Assembly: GCA_050291445.1 (NCBI GenBank)
Contig: JBNKJW010000075.1
Location: 581-64,580, forward strand
From: Bacteroidales bacterium
GTDB taxonomy: Bacteria > Bacteroidota > Bacteroidia > Bacteroidales > NBLH01
Direction of reading: 5' to 3'
DNA: 64,000 bases
The position numbers were made by a program, and so were the translations under genes. Of this stretch, positions 1 to 10,526 are shown in pieces; position 1 is the first letter of the stretch, and the number at the start of each line of letters is the position of its first letter. The notes under the pieces were generated by a model. That model searched no databases. It was not told the DNA's origin and saw only the letters and a program-made list of their open reading frames with translations.

Positions 1-2
1 AG

Positions 3-104
3 GAAGGGTTAAACTTTCTTAAAGAAAAAGGTGTTTTTAAGGAAAAATGCCCTGGTTTTGTGGCTGATTCTGTAGAAATACTCCAAACTGTGCTAGATAA
101 ATAA
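3..104 (+). CDS. 3' end of a gene cut by the window edge; possibly C-GCAxxG-C-C family redox protein
   Basis: Open frame EGLNFLKEKGVFKEKCPGFVADSVEILQTVLDK* ending TAA 102-104; the terminal C-P-x-x-V-x-x-x-V-E-I-L pattern resembles the last Cys region of that family (recall only). Confidence 0.4.
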   Translation, partial: EGLNFLKEKGVFKEKCPGFVADSVEILQTVLDK

Positions 105-245
105 GCCAGACTTAAAAGCAATGGGGGCAAAGGGTAAAGCCAAATAAAAACACAATTTGGCAACAACTTTTTATAATAGCTTGAATAACCTTTAGAAAGT
201 TTGCCAGTTTTTTTTAATTTTGGGAGGAATAAAACCGGTTGCCCA

Positions 246-3200
246 ATGACTTTAAAGTTGTCCAAACTAAAAGTTTCAAAAAAGTATGTACTTTCTTGGG
301 AAAAATCAATAGATTTGATTGCCCAACTGGTTGATTTTCAGTTTGTTTTTGTGGTTCGGAAAGTGGCTGAATCGTGGAAATTAATTGTAGGAAGTAAAGC
401 AGATGATATTGGTCTGGACATTGATCTACTTGAAAAAAAGGCAGATTACTTATTTGAAGATATCAGTAAAAGCAATTCTGATTTATTCGTTTTTGGGCAA
501 GGTGATGATTTTATTCAAAGCCTGAATACTTTTGCCCATTCTGAAATACAAGCTTTTAAGGCAATTTCTCTTTCAACACCAAACAACGGTTTTTTTGGGT
601 ATTTATGTGTAGCTGAAACAAGGAAAGAGCAGTTCTCTGAAATTGCAACCAGTGCGTTAAATGAATTGAAATTAACCATTGAGAAAGATTTACGTTTTTT
701 AAAACAAGAAAAACTTTTAAATGCAGAAATAAATGATCGAAAAGAAATAGAATGCGAGCTAAATGCTGCCAATGAAGAATTAAAAGCAGGACTTGAGCGG
801 AAGCATACCGAAATTGACAAAATTAGCAAGGACTTAAAAGACATTGAAGAGGACTATAAATTAATTGTAGAAAACCAAAATGCCTTAATTGTAAAGTTCG
901 ACAAAGATTTTAAACTCACCTACATTTCACCACAATACGCCAAAGAATTAGGCTCGAATAGTAACGATTTGATAGGAAAATCATTTTTTCCGTTTATTCA
1001 CAAAGATGATATTGAACAGGTGAAAAAATCCCATGAGCACTTAAAAAAGCCACCTTATGAGTGCCAGCACGAAGAGCGCATGAAAACCATTAATGGTTGG
1101 AGGTGGTACTACTGGTCAAATAAGTCAATTGTTAACCACACTGGTGAAATTGAGGGTGTTGTTGCTGTTGGGCGAGATGTTACCCAACGAAAAAAATTTG
1201 AAGCTGAGCTAAAAGAAAGCGAGGAAAGATATGATTTGGCCATGAAAGGCACAAATGATGGTATTTGGGACAAGGATTTAGTGACAGGAGATATCTATTT
1301 CTCAAAAAGGTGGAAAACCATGTTAGGCTACCAGGAACATGAATTGGAAAATAGCTCTGAAACATGGAAAGCGCTGGCCCACCCTGACGATTTCAAAATG
1401 TCCGAAAAAGCTAAAAGAGCATACCTGTTGGGGCAAAAGGCCAAATACGAAGTGGAGGTTAGGCTAAAACATAAAAAAGGGCATTGGGTTAATATTCTTT
1501 CACGTGGTTTTAAAGTAATGAGTGATAATGGCAGAAGGGCCATTAGGTTTGTTGGTACTCATGTTGATATTACCAAGCAAAGAAAAGCTGAAGATGCACT
1601 TAGAAAGAGCGAAGCTGAGTTTAGAAGAATTATTGAGTTAAACTCAATACCAATGGTTGTAACCAACAATAAACAAGATTTTTTAATTGTTAATAAAGCA
1701 TTTACCAAATGCTTTGGCTATACCCTTAAAGATATCCCAACTGGTGAAATTTGGTGGAAAACCGCCTATCCTGATGAAAATTATAGAAAGCAAGTAGAGA
1801 TGGGATGGAACAGGGCAGTTGAAGATGCTGTGAAATATGGTACAGAAATAGAAAAGCAGATTTGGGAACCAACCTGCAAAAATGGTCAAAAAAAGATAGT
1901 AGAGTTCGCTTTTGTATCATTGGGTGAACAAAACATTATTACAATGGTAGATATTACCATGCAAAAACTTACTGAGAATGCCTTGAAAGAAAGCGAACAG
2001 AAAAACAGAGCATTATCCGAAGCTGCTGATGAAGCTTTATTTTTTTCGGATAGGGGTGTTTTTGTTGAGTGTAACAAAGCTGCTTGTGAGCTTCTTGGTT
2101 ATACCTACGAGGAGTTGATTGGTATTAGTGGGATAGAATTAATTGCTGATGAGTATAAAGGGTTTGTACTGCATAAAATGATGATGGGGTTTAATGAGCC
2201 ATACGAAGCGATAGCCAAGAAAAAAGACGGTACAAAATTTTGGGCAGAGTTTAAAGGGAGCCTATACGAATATAAAGGGCAGAAGGTTCGTGTGACAGCA
2301 GTGAGGGATATAAGTGACAGGAAGGTAGCAGAGGAAGCCCTGGTTTTTAGCGAGGAAAAATTTCGAGCAGCGTTTAAAACAAGCCCCGATTCAATTAGTA
2401 TTAATAGGATGAGTGATGGGACGTACGTAGAAATAAATGAAGGTTTTGTGCACTCAACAGGGTTTTCTGAAGAGGAAGTCCTTGGGAAAACGGCTGAGGA
2501 GTTAAATTTTTGGGTCAACCAGAGTGATAAGTTTAAACTGCTTGCCATACTAATGCAAAGTGGGGGTTGTATAAATTTTGCAGCAAAATTCAGAATAAAA
2601 AATGGTAAAATAATCAATGGCTTGTTATCAGCCAGAACAATAATACTAAACAACGAAAAGTACCTTATTTCAATTACAAGGGATATTAGTGATTTAAAAG
2701 AGACGGAACAAGAGCTTATTTCTGCAAAAGAGTTTGCAGAAAGAAAAGAAAAAGAATACCGTTCGTTGTTTAATGAAATGCTAGATGGTTTTGCACTGCA
2801 CGAAGTAATTTACAACGACCTTGATATTCCGGTTGATTATCGTTTTATTGAGTTGAACCCAGCTTATGAAAGAATGACAGGTTTAAAGAAGGAGGATGTT
2901 GTAAATAAAACAATTTTGGAAGTAACACCTGATATTGAAAAGCATTGGATAACAAATTTTGGAAAAGTTGGTAAAACCGGTGAGCCTTATTGGTTTGAAG
3001 ATTATGTGGAAGAACTTGAGCGCTATTATACAGGTATAGCATACAGTCCTCAGCAGAATTACTTTGCAGTTATTTATAGTGATGCGACTGATAAAAGAAA
3101 AGCAGAAGAAATAGTTATTAAAAATGATGAATTTTTAAAGGAACAAAATGAAGAGTATCAGGCTTTAAATGAGCAACTTACGAATCTTAACCTGGAGCTT

Positions 3201-4331
3201 TTGGAAGCCAAACAGAAAGCAGAAGAAAGTGATAATTTAAAAACAGCTTTTCTTGCAAATATGTCCCACGAAATCCGTACACCAATGAATGGGATTATGG
3301 GATTCTCCGGACTCCTTGCCAAAAGCAACCTTACCAACGAAAAAAAGCAAAAATACATTGATATTATTAAGCAAAACAGTCATCAGTTACTTTCTATTAT
3401 AAATGATTTGGTTGATATTTCAAAAATTGAGGCTGGCCAAATTGATATTGAAAGGGATGAGGTACGGTTAGAATCGCTTACAAAAAGCCTTGCTGATTTA
3501 TATTATCAAAAAGCAATTGATAAAAATATTTATTTTGAACTCGATAGTAAAGTATCTGATATACAGATTATTACTGATGAGACAAAACTTCGGCAAATAC
3601 TAATTAATTTATTGGATAACGCTTTTAAATTTACTCATCAGGGAGAAATAAAATTTGGATATGAGATAAAAGATGGATTTATTGAGTTTTTTGTTTCTGA
3701 TACAGGCATTGGAATGGAAAAAGAGGCAATAAGTATCATCTTTGAAAGGTTTAGGCAGGTTGAATTGAGCTCAGCCAGAAAGTACGGCGGCACAGGGTTG
3801 GGTTTGTCGATATCGAAAGCCTTTATTGAAAAAATGGGAGGACAAATCCATGTTAATTCAGAAATCAATAAAGGTTCAAAATTTTATTTTACCATTCCAA
3901 TTAAACTTACCAAAGAAGACGTGGGGCATGTTTCTGATAATCAGGTGGATGAACTTACGTTGGATTGGGGTAATAAAGTAATACTGGTGGCTGAAGACGA
4001 GCTGGTTAACTATCGTTTTTTTGAGGAGGTTTTTGAAGGTACCAGGGTTAATTTAATTTGGGCTGTTAACGGACAAGAAGCTGTTGAGCATTGTATGGTA
4101 AACAAATCTATTGATTTGGTATTAATGGATATTAAAATGCCTGTTTTAAATGGTTACGATGCTACCGAGAAAATAAAAAAAATAAGGCCCGAATTGCCAA
4201 TTATTGCCCAAACGGCTTATGCTCTGATAGGTGATGAGTCAAAAGCAAAAAATGCCGGTTGCGACGATTACATCCATAAACCAATTGATTCTGACGAATT
4301 AATGAAAAAAATAGCCCATTTATTGACATAA
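246..4331 (+). CDS. Multi-PAS hybrid sensor histidine kinase/response regulator
   Basis: About six PAS/PAC repeats (ending GRDVTQRK, GTHVDITKQR, MVDITMQK, VRDISDRK, TRDISDLK, SDATDKRK); H-box FLANMSHEIRTPMNGI; N-box LRQILINLLDNAFKFT; G boxes DTGIGM and GGTGLGLSIS; C-terminal receiver (ILVAEDE, LVLMDIKMP, KP). ATG 246 preferred to TTG 201. Confidence 0.95.
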   Translation: MTLKLSKLKVSKKYVLSWEKSIDLIAQLVDFQFVFVVRKVAESWKLIVGSKADDIGLDIDLLEKKADYLFEDISKSNSDLFVFGQGDDFIQSLNTFAHSEIQAFKAISLSTPNNGFFGYLCVAETRKEQFSEIATSALNELKLTIEKDLRFLKQEKLLNAEINDRKEIECELNAANEELKAGLERKHTEIDKISKDLKDIEEDYKLIVENQNALIVKFDKDFKLTYISPQYAKELGSNSNDLIGKSFFPFIHKDDIEQVKKSHEHLKKPPYECQHEERMKTINGWRWYYWSNKSIVNHTGEIEGVVAVGRDVTQRKKFEAELKESEERYDLAMKGTNDGIWDKDLVTGDIYFSKRWKTMLGYQEHELENSSETWKALAHPDDFKMSEKAKRAYLLGQKAKYEVEVRLKHKKGHWVNILSRGFKVMSDNGRRAIRFVGTHVDITKQRKAEDALRKSEAEFRRIIELNSIPMVVTNNKQDFLIVNKAFTKCFGYTLKDIPTGEIWWKTAYPDENYRKQVEMGWNRAVEDAVKYGTEIEKQIWEPTCKNGQKKIVEFAFVSLGEQNIITMVDITMQKLTENALKESEQKNRALSEAADEALFFSDRGVFVECNKAACELLGYTYEELIGISGIELIADEYKGFVLHKMMMGFNEPYEAIAKKKDGTKFWAEFKGSLYEYKGQKVRVTAVRDISDRKVAEEALVFSEEKFRAAFKTSPDSISINRMSDGTYVEINEGFVHSTGFSEEEVLGKTAEELNFWVNQSDKFKLLAILMQSGGCINFAAKFRIKNGKIINGLLSARTIILNNEKYLISITRDISDLKETEQELISAKEFAERKEKEYRSLFNEMLDGFALHEVIYNDLDIPVDYRFIELNPAYERMTGLKKEDVVNKTILEVTPDIEKHWITNFGKVGKTGEPYWFEDYVEELERYYTGIAYSPQQNYFAVIYSDATDKRKAEEIVIKNDEFLKEQNEEYQALNEQLTNLNLELLEAKQKAEESDNLKTAFLANMSHEIRTPMNGIMGFSGLLAKSNLTNEKKQKYIDIIKQNSHQLLSIINDLVDISKIEAGQIDIERDEVRLESLTKSLADLYYQKAIDKNIYFELDSKVSDIQIITDETKLRQILINLLDNAFKFTHQGEIKFGYEIKDGFIEFFVSDTGIGMEKEAISIIFERFRQVELSSARKYGGTGLGLSISKAFIEKMGGQIHVNSEINKGSKFYFTIPIKLTKEDVGHVSDNQVDELTLDWGNKVILVAEDELVNYRFFEEVFEGTRVNLIWAVNGQEAVEHCMVNKSIDLVLMDIKMPVLNGYDATEKIKKIRPELPIIAQTAYALIGDESKAKNAGCDDYIHKPIDSDELMKKIAHLLT

Positions 4332-4398
4332 CACTTGGTTTTGTCTGTAATTTTAACCTCTGTGTAGTCCTTTCTATAAAAAAACTATTATTAATACA

Positions 4399-5385
4399 AT
4401 GATGAAAAAAATACAAAAAAAAAGGAAAGAGTGGCTACCAACAAGAGTAAGTCTTTCAATACTCTTACTATTTCTCACTTTTTGCCTTACGGGAAGTAGA
4501 CTTTTGGCTCAGGAAGAGATTTTTTTTGTCAATAAACCAAATACAGGCATTAAAAGAATAATTGAGTGTGAAATAGGTGATAAAAATGACACCACACAAG
4601 GTTTTATTTATGATTATGATACCAATGGGCTGCTGGTAAAAGTTACCCAGCCAGAAAGCCATGTTCTTGTTGATTATCAGTATGATACTATAGGGCGTTT
4701 AATTAAAGTTGATGCACTTTATGGTGAGAGTTTTGCAAATGGAACTACAACCTATGATTACTCTGATGGTAATGAAACTGAAACAACTTTGGCAATGGGA
4801 TATTTCACCAAAAAAAGAAAAATATTTAATAAGCAAGGTAATATCAGTAAATTAATAACCTACAATATTGGTGGTGGCATGGGCAATAGCTATTTAAAAG
4901 AAGAGGTTTTTGAATATGATACAAAAGGTTTGCTTAAAAAGAAGCATATAACTATCAAAAGGTATGATTTGAATAAAGAGCCTGGTGAATTTTCCGAAAA
5001 TGAATCAAATGCCCTTGTTGAAGAGTTAGTTAATTCAGAACTTTTAAAAAAGGATAGATTTGTTGAAGTGTATATATACGATACTAAAAAACAGCTTGTA
5101 AAAACGCATTTTAAGGATCTTATTATTGATAAAACTGTTTTTGAGGTTGAATACATCTATAATCAGGCAGGTAAGTTAGCCGAAAAGATTGGAAAATATG
5201 CCAGTAACAATAAAGTTGATTACACAGGAGTTTCCTTTAACCAAAAACATACAATAAATGCTTATGATGAAAATAATGAGCTTAAAACAGTAACTGAAAA
5301 GGATGACTATTACCAACTCATTAAAAACTACAAAGAAGGAAGACTGGTTGCAGCTATTCAGGAAAATAATAAGGGTACCATCTAA
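4399..5385 (+). CDS. Secreted YD-repeat-like protein
   Basis: Signal-like N-terminus, then repeated Y-x-Y-D-x-x-G-x-L motifs (YDYDTNGLL, YQYDTIGRL, FEYDTKGLL, YIYDTKKQL, YIYNQAGKL). No RHS core or toxin tip. Confidence 0.65.
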   Translation: MMKKIQKKRKEWLPTRVSLSILLLFLTFCLTGSRLLAQEEIFFVNKPNTGIKRIIECEIGDKNDTTQGFIYDYDTNGLLVKVTQPESHVLVDYQYDTIGRLIKVDALYGESFANGTTTYDYSDGNETETTLAMGYFTKKRKIFNKQGNISKLITYNIGGGMGNSYLKEEVFEYDTKGLLKKKHITIKRYDLNKEPGEFSENESNALVEELVNSELLKKDRFVEVYIYDTKKQLVKTHFKDLIIDKTVFEVEYIYNQAGKLAEKIGKYASNNKVDYTGVSFNQKHTINAYDENNELKTVTEKDDYYQLIKNYKEGRLVAAIQENNKGTI

Positions 5386-5680
5386 AGACTTTTTTCAAAT
5401 ATCTCTATTACAGCGAACTGAAAAAGTGAAACAAATCCATATCATAGGTAGGGTCCCATTTTTCATGTCAGACCACATGTGGCAATTTCAGCAGTAGCCT
5501 ATGGGATTACTGCAATTACTAACAACGGCCCGATCTTTTCCTGGTTGGGTTTAAAACTACTTCAAGTGTTTTAGATCAGGAAACTATTAAATCATCAAAG
5601 GGCTTTTGAAAGAAGCAAATTGCGATTTGGTTTTGGTAAACGACGTCGCCAGAAGGGTGAATTTTGTTGTTGGCAAACAT

Positions 5681-5733
5681 AATTAGGGCCTGCTGAAAAA
5701 GTCAGAGGTGCATTAGCTACAACTTAGCGAAGC
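5681..5733 (+). repeat. IS-end-like dispersed repeat, copy 1 (copy 2 at 21454-21506)
   Basis: 53 bp, 48/53 identical to 21454-21506 by manual alignment; contains CTGCTGAAAAAGTC. Confidence 0.75.
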
Positions 5734-5857
5734 AGCACATATCTGGTATAATTCCGAATTTCTGTGTTGAATATTTTATGTCGAACTCAGGTTACTAAAT
5801 TAAGTTAAAGTTTGGTTAAGAAATGTTATACTGTTTTTTACAAAATTACTAACTTAG

Positions 5858-5865
5858 TATATTTG
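5858..5865 (+). promoter_or_regulatory. Bacteroidota primary-sigma -7 box (TAnnTTTG)
   Basis: TATATTTG 40 nt upstream of ATG 5906. Confidence 0.6.
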
Positions 5866-5905
5866 CTTTTAAGTTTAACCCTTTATAATTAATACCTTAT
5901 TAGTT

Positions 5906-8329
5906 ATGTTCAACCCTTTTTATCAAAAAAAAATCAATCCATCAATTATTTTTATTGAAAAGCTTAAAATTTACTCCTTAGTTTTGATATTGTTTTGCTT
6001 TCATCAGCTACTTTTAGCTGAAAACAAGCCTTCAAATTTGTTGATTAACGATACTACAAAGCAACAAATAACTATAAAATTGATTGAAACAGCAGGAACG
6101 AACCTTGTTGAATACATTGGATGGAGCAGGGGAGAAGACTTCGACGATGGTAAATTAAAATCTCCGCAATTGTTTAAGAAAGATCCTAATGGCAACTTTT
6201 TTAGGTTAGATAGTTTTGTGGTAAAGAAAAACTCAACCATCAGCAGAATTGATTATCTTGTACTTTTTGATGCTAAAAAGAACTTACTTGGACACATTCC
6301 TTACGAATACTATCCCGAAAAAGAAGCGAATTTTATAAGGCAGGTAATAGTCATTCTTCATAATAGTCAGTTTGATTGCCAGGAGGGCACACAAAAGCAT
6401 TTTCCGTACTCGAAAGAAAGCCCCTATTGGGCGGGACTTTTTGGAGGGAAATGGACGTATTTTAATAAAGGCGAGTACCCAGTAACTATGCTGATTCCTC
6501 CTGATTATTATGACCATGCAAATAATTCAATTGGCAACAAGTTTCCTGAAAAATTAAATAAAAAACCTGTTTTATTTGTTCATGGACTTACTGGTAAGTA
6601 TAATAACTATTCAAAAGCAAAACCTGAGAACAACGAAACTTCTTATTGGTGGATGCAGGTAAAGCATTTTAATAAATCAAAGGTGTATGAAGGGTGGCAG
6701 GTTTATTATCCGTATGATGCAAATATTGATTTTATAGCTCGGTGGTTAAAATTTGATGTAGAACTTCTAAATAAGTTGTACAAAAAAGAAGTTGATATTT
6801 TAACTCACAGTATGGGGGGCCTTGTTGCAATGGAGTTGATTACTTCACCTTATTTTGATGCTAAAAAGAACATCGGGAAGGTATTATTGATTCAACCACC
6901 AATTCATGGTTCTTTAGGAGGCAACAAGCAGTACAGGACTGGTAAAGGGCGTGTTTTTCAGCTATTAGGTTTTGACAGGGAGGCTCCAAGCATACGTGAT
7001 TTATCATTTGGTAGCGATTTTTATTACAACCTGCACAATAGGAAAATACCCAGTCTGGATGATGATAAATTTATTTCGGATGATTACTTTGTGTTAATTG
7101 GAACCACCCAGGAAAGATATAAACTACCCAAACTAGTTCATAACGAAGCCGAAGGTCAATCGGATGGAATAGTTGCCATGAGCAGTGCTTCATTGATGGA
7201 TTATAAAATACGCTATGCACTTATTAATGCCAACCACGATGATGGCAGGGGATGCTGGAGCAAGTTTGATTTTGAACAAGATAATGAGTTTTTAGCTGAT
7301 TTTGCCCAAGCATACTTTAACAAAAATGTGCAAAACTTCGAATATTATCTTGCAAAAAACAGATTAATTGATGGCTATGTGCAGATGAAAACGAATCAGC
7401 TTTACTTAAAGAAAAAACGCGAGGATGTTAATTTAAAGCAAGGGGCATTTACCATTCGAATTAAAAAAAATACAAAGTATGATTGGAAAAAAGAATTAGG
7501 TGAGTGGGATGAGTTAATTGTTTTAAAAAATAAAACAAAAAAAGCACTGCTGCTTAGTCCAAGAATATCATCAGCAAAGGGAAAAGAGAAATTTGCCGAA
7601 GCCAATGGTCTGGAAGATGTTGAAAAACTTTATCCTGAAATAGATGGATATATGAATAGAAACCCTTTTACATCCGAAGATTATCTGACTTATTATTATA
7701 CAAAAAAACCAGCTCAGATAGAACAATGTGTTTCGGATATGGCAGAGGGAACTTACAAGGTTTATTTATATCTACCTGAAAAGAAATTCTCAATTTTTTT
7801 AGGAAGTTTTAAGTTTAATCATATGCAAACGGCTTTGGTTGAGTTTGACATCTCGAAAAAAGATTCACCATTTTTTGAGATGGAAGGCGTAAATACCTTT
7901 ACTAATTACATTCTTGCAGCTAAAGAACGAAAAGATCCATCTTTTAGTCCCGATACAATTGTAACAATTAATGAAGGAACCACCAGGGCAATTTTTCAAG
8001 TAGCTTGTGCTGATGCTTTTAAAAGAAATATAGCAGTTTATATGAATCTGAAAAATCCAAATGGGGTGTTGATTAATTCAAAAATTTCGTCAGTAAAGTG
8101 GAAGCTGGATGAACCTACAGGAACAGCTTATTATATCATTGATAAGCCTACTCCAGGGGGTTGGAAAGTAGCTATCAGAACAGCTAAAAGATCAAGCAAA
8201 AGGATGTATTATATCACCAGGGTATTTCAGGATACCAGGATGAAACGAAACGGGAATAAAAAGGAAGACAATAAAAGCAATAACAAAACTACTAAGGTCA
8301 TGAAATCAATTTTTAGCAATAAAGAGTAG
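5906..8329 (+). CDS. Large, probably exported alpha/beta-hydrolase (lipase/esterase/acyltransferase-like) with extra N- and C-terminal domains
   Basis: Oxyanion motif PVLFVHGL, nucleophile elbow THSMGG, candidate Asp (SDGIV) and His (ANHD); hydrophobic N-terminal segment. Confidence 0.75.
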   Translation: MFNPFYQKKINPSIIFIEKLKIYSLVLILFCFHQLLLAENKPSNLLINDTTKQQITIKLIETAGTNLVEYIGWSRGEDFDDGKLKSPQLFKKDPNGNFFRLDSFVVKKNSTISRIDYLVLFDAKKNLLGHIPYEYYPEKEANFIRQVIVILHNSQFDCQEGTQKHFPYSKESPYWAGLFGGKWTYFNKGEYPVTMLIPPDYYDHANNSIGNKFPEKLNKKPVLFVHGLTGKYNNYSKAKPENNETSYWWMQVKHFNKSKVYEGWQVYYPYDANIDFIARWLKFDVELLNKLYKKEVDILTHSMGGLVAMELITSPYFDAKKNIGKVLLIQPPIHGSLGGNKQYRTGKGRVFQLLGFDREAPSIRDLSFGSDFYYNLHNRKIPSLDDDKFISDDYFVLIGTTQERYKLPKLVHNEAEGQSDGIVAMSSASLMDYKIRYALINANHDDGRGCWSKFDFEQDNEFLADFAQAYFNKNVQNFEYYLAKNRLIDGYVQMKTNQLYLKKKREDVNLKQGAFTIRIKKNTKYDWKKELGEWDELIVLKNKTKKALLLSPRISSAKGKEKFAEANGLEDVEKLYPEIDGYMNRNPFTSEDYLTYYYTKKPAQIEQCVSDMAEGTYKVYLYLPEKKFSIFLGSFKFNHMQTALVEFDISKKDSPFFEMEGVNTFTNYILAAKERKDPSFSPDTIVTINEGTTRAIFQVACADAFKRNIAVYMNLKNPNGVLINSKISSVKWKLDEPTGTAYYIIDKPTPGGWKVAIRTAKRSSKRMYYITRVFQDTRMKRNGNKKEDNKSNNKTTKVMKSIFSNKE

Positions 8330-8337
8330 TTATAATT

Positions 8338-8820
8338 TTAGGCAAGGAGATACTTAATTTCTTTTAAAACATCTTCACCTGAGTGAATTGATGCGCTTGT
8401 GCAACCAATAATGTTACAAATAGCAAGACAGTTTTTAAAGCTGGCTTTTTTATCAAGAAACAGGGCAATAAGCTTTCCTGTTTTGCATGAAGTACAATCA
8501 GCATATATGGGCAGTTCTATATCGCAATGGGGGCAAAAAATACGAACTTTTTCGCCTTTTTTTAGCTGCAATTCAAGGCTAATTCTTTGTTTTTGACCAT
8601 AAATGGGGCTTAATGCTACAAATCCAGCTCTGCCACTAGAATTAATTAATTTGAGAAAAATTCCTGGCAAATTATTAAAATATGCATTAGGGCTTACCAA
8701 ATTATGCCCATTTGGACAAAAGCACTCTTTTACAATAAGAATTTCACTGGTTTCCTGCGTTTTAGTTATCTCTTTTGGTGTTGGAATAATCAACATTCCA
8801 TTTTTGTCAAATCGTTTCAT
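8338..8820 (-). CDS. Hypothetical Cys-rich (putative metal-binding) protein
   Basis: 160 aa ORF with CFCPNGH, CPHC, CTSC and CNIIGC motifs; fills the gap convergent to the hydrolase. Confidence 0.7.
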   Translation of the reverse strand: MKRFDKNGMLIIPTPKEITKTQETSEILIVKECFCPNGHNLVSPNAYFNNLPGIFLKLINSSGRAGFVALSPIYGQKQRISLELQLKKGEKVRIFCPHCDIELPIYADCTSCKTGKLIALFLDKKASFKNCLAICNIIGCTSASIHSGEDVLKEIKYLLA

Positions 8821-9327
8821 GACTTTTCTTTTAATAGCGAACTTTGAGTATACACAGCTTTAGTAATTTACGAAAAAAATGGCTTAAAGTCAAGTTTGTG
8901 CTTCTAAATTTTATCACCACCATTTTTATTGGCTTTCGTATGCATAACCCTATTAACTTTTGTCATAACTTTAGTATAATACCGATTTTACTTTCAAAAT
9001 AGTCCAATTTCGGCAAAGCCTCATTCGACTATTTTCGAGTAGCATCGGCATTTACCATTGCAATTTATATTTTGCTTTTGGACTAAAATATAAATGCAAT
9101 TGGTGTAATTTGTAATTATCGATTAACTATTAATGTTGGTTCAGTACATATTTGTATGAAATTAGCTTTTTGTATTGTATGTTTGATAGTGGTGTATTGG
9201 GATATTGATTTTAACAAAATGCATATGTAAGCTTCAATATTCGAATACACAAATATACCAATGCACAATCAGGAGTTGCCTTCAGACTAACCACATTGAA
9301 TTAACTATCAAAAAAAAGGAGGTTGAT

Positions 9328-9795
9328 ATGCCAATACAAAAATTAAAAGAGTGTTTAGACAAACACGGAATTGAGTACATCTCAATACATCATTCAAAGG
9401 CCTATGCTGCGCAAAAAGTTGCTGCAATTGCTCACATTCCAGGAAAAGAGCTTGCAAAAACAGTAATGATTAAAGTTGATGGGGAAATGTCGATGGCTGT
9501 TTTACCAGCTTCGTACCAAGTAAATTTTGAAGAGTTAAGAGCAAGTATTGGAGCTGAAAAAGTGACACTTGCCAACGAGCTTGAGTTCAAGGATATTTTT
9601 ACTCAGTGTGAGGTTGGTGCAATGCCACCTTTTGGAAATCTTTACGGAATGCAGGTATACGTTGCCAAAAGTCTTGCCGAAGATGAGGAAATTGTTTTTA
9701 ATGCTGGCACACATGCTGAATTAATCAGGCTGGATTACAAAGACTTTGAAAAGCTGGTACATCCAAAAGTGCTGAAGTTTTCGGTATTGGCTTAG
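9328..9795 (+). CDS. YbaK/EbsC/ProX family aminoacyl-tRNA deacylase
   Basis: LAKTVMIK and GAMPPFG motifs, IVFNAGTH; ATG 9328 preceded by AGGAGG (9317-9322). Confidence 0.9.
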   Translation: MPIQKLKECLDKHGIEYISIHHSKAYAAQKVAAIAHIPGKELAKTVMIKVDGEMSMAVLPASYQVNFEELRASIGAEKVTLANELEFKDIFTQCEVGAMPPFGNLYGMQVYVAKSLAEDEEIVFNAGTHAELIRLDYKDFEKLVHPKVLKFSVLA

Positions 9796-9852
9796 GATCT
9801 GATTAGACATTAGTCATTTGTCCTAATGTGACCGGTGACTAATGAACAACAC

Positions 9853-10374
9853 CTATTTCTTTTTAAAATAAATAAGCAGGTTTTCATAGTCAATTACTGC
9901 TTTCCTGTTTTCTAAAATGTCGGAGCCTAAAATCCCGTCTAGCTGAAGCATTCCCATTTGTTGGAAAGAATAGTTAATATGATTGAGGTTAACCAATGAT
10001 ATTCTCACATTTCTTAATTTCAATTCACCAAGCTCCATGATATTATCATAAGAAATCTGCATTTTTAGTTGCGAACCACCAGCAGTTTTGGCTATTTTTT
10101 GTGTGTTTTGGGTTATTAACCTGAACTTTTTTTTATGCCTTCGGTCAATAATGGTTGAACTGGAACCAGTATCTAAAATAAAACGCCCCATAACATTATT
10201 TACTTTGGTAACAACACTTAAATGACCACTTTTTAGTTGTTGCATTGGTATTTTTACATAAGTGTTCTGTTTAGTTAAAAAGGTATTAAGAGAAGTTGCG
10301 CTTTCTATTGAGTCTTTGTTTTCAGATGTGCAACTGAATAAAAGAAAAAAAACTATCAGGTATACAAATTTCAT
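9853..10374 (-). CDS. Retropepsin-like (clan AA) aspartyl protease, lipoprotein
   Basis: FILDTGSS catalytic motif, GILGSDIL C-terminal motif, lipobox LLFSC. Confidence 0.85.
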   Translation of the reverse strand: MKFVYLIVFFLLFSCTSENKDSIESATSLNTFLTKQNTYVKIPMQQLKSGHLSVVTKVNNVMGRFILDTGSSSTIIDRRHKKKFRLITQNTQKIAKTAGGSQLKMQISYDNIMELGELKLRNVRISLVNLNHINYSFQQMGMLQLDGILGSDILENRKAVIDYENLLIYFKKK

Positions 10375-10526
10375 GTTTAAAGTTCCAATTTTTTGCTAAG
10401 ATAATGATTGCTTCGTGATTAATTAACAGTTTCTTGCTATCTTTAGTGGGATACAATAAAATAGTATGCAAATATTCGCACCATTTTAATATTTGTTATG
10501 AAATTCTGTGTGATATTAAAAAAGTA

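Noticed and set aside
515-3868. Numerous 60-180-aa minus-strand ORFs within the kinase, and similar ones inside other long genes
   Set aside because: Antisense or alternate-frame shadows of well-supported CDSs, with no independent motifs or start signals.
246-4331. Six-PAS hybrid kinase as a novelty
   Set aside because: This architecture is very common in Bacteroidales-type and other anaerobe genomes.
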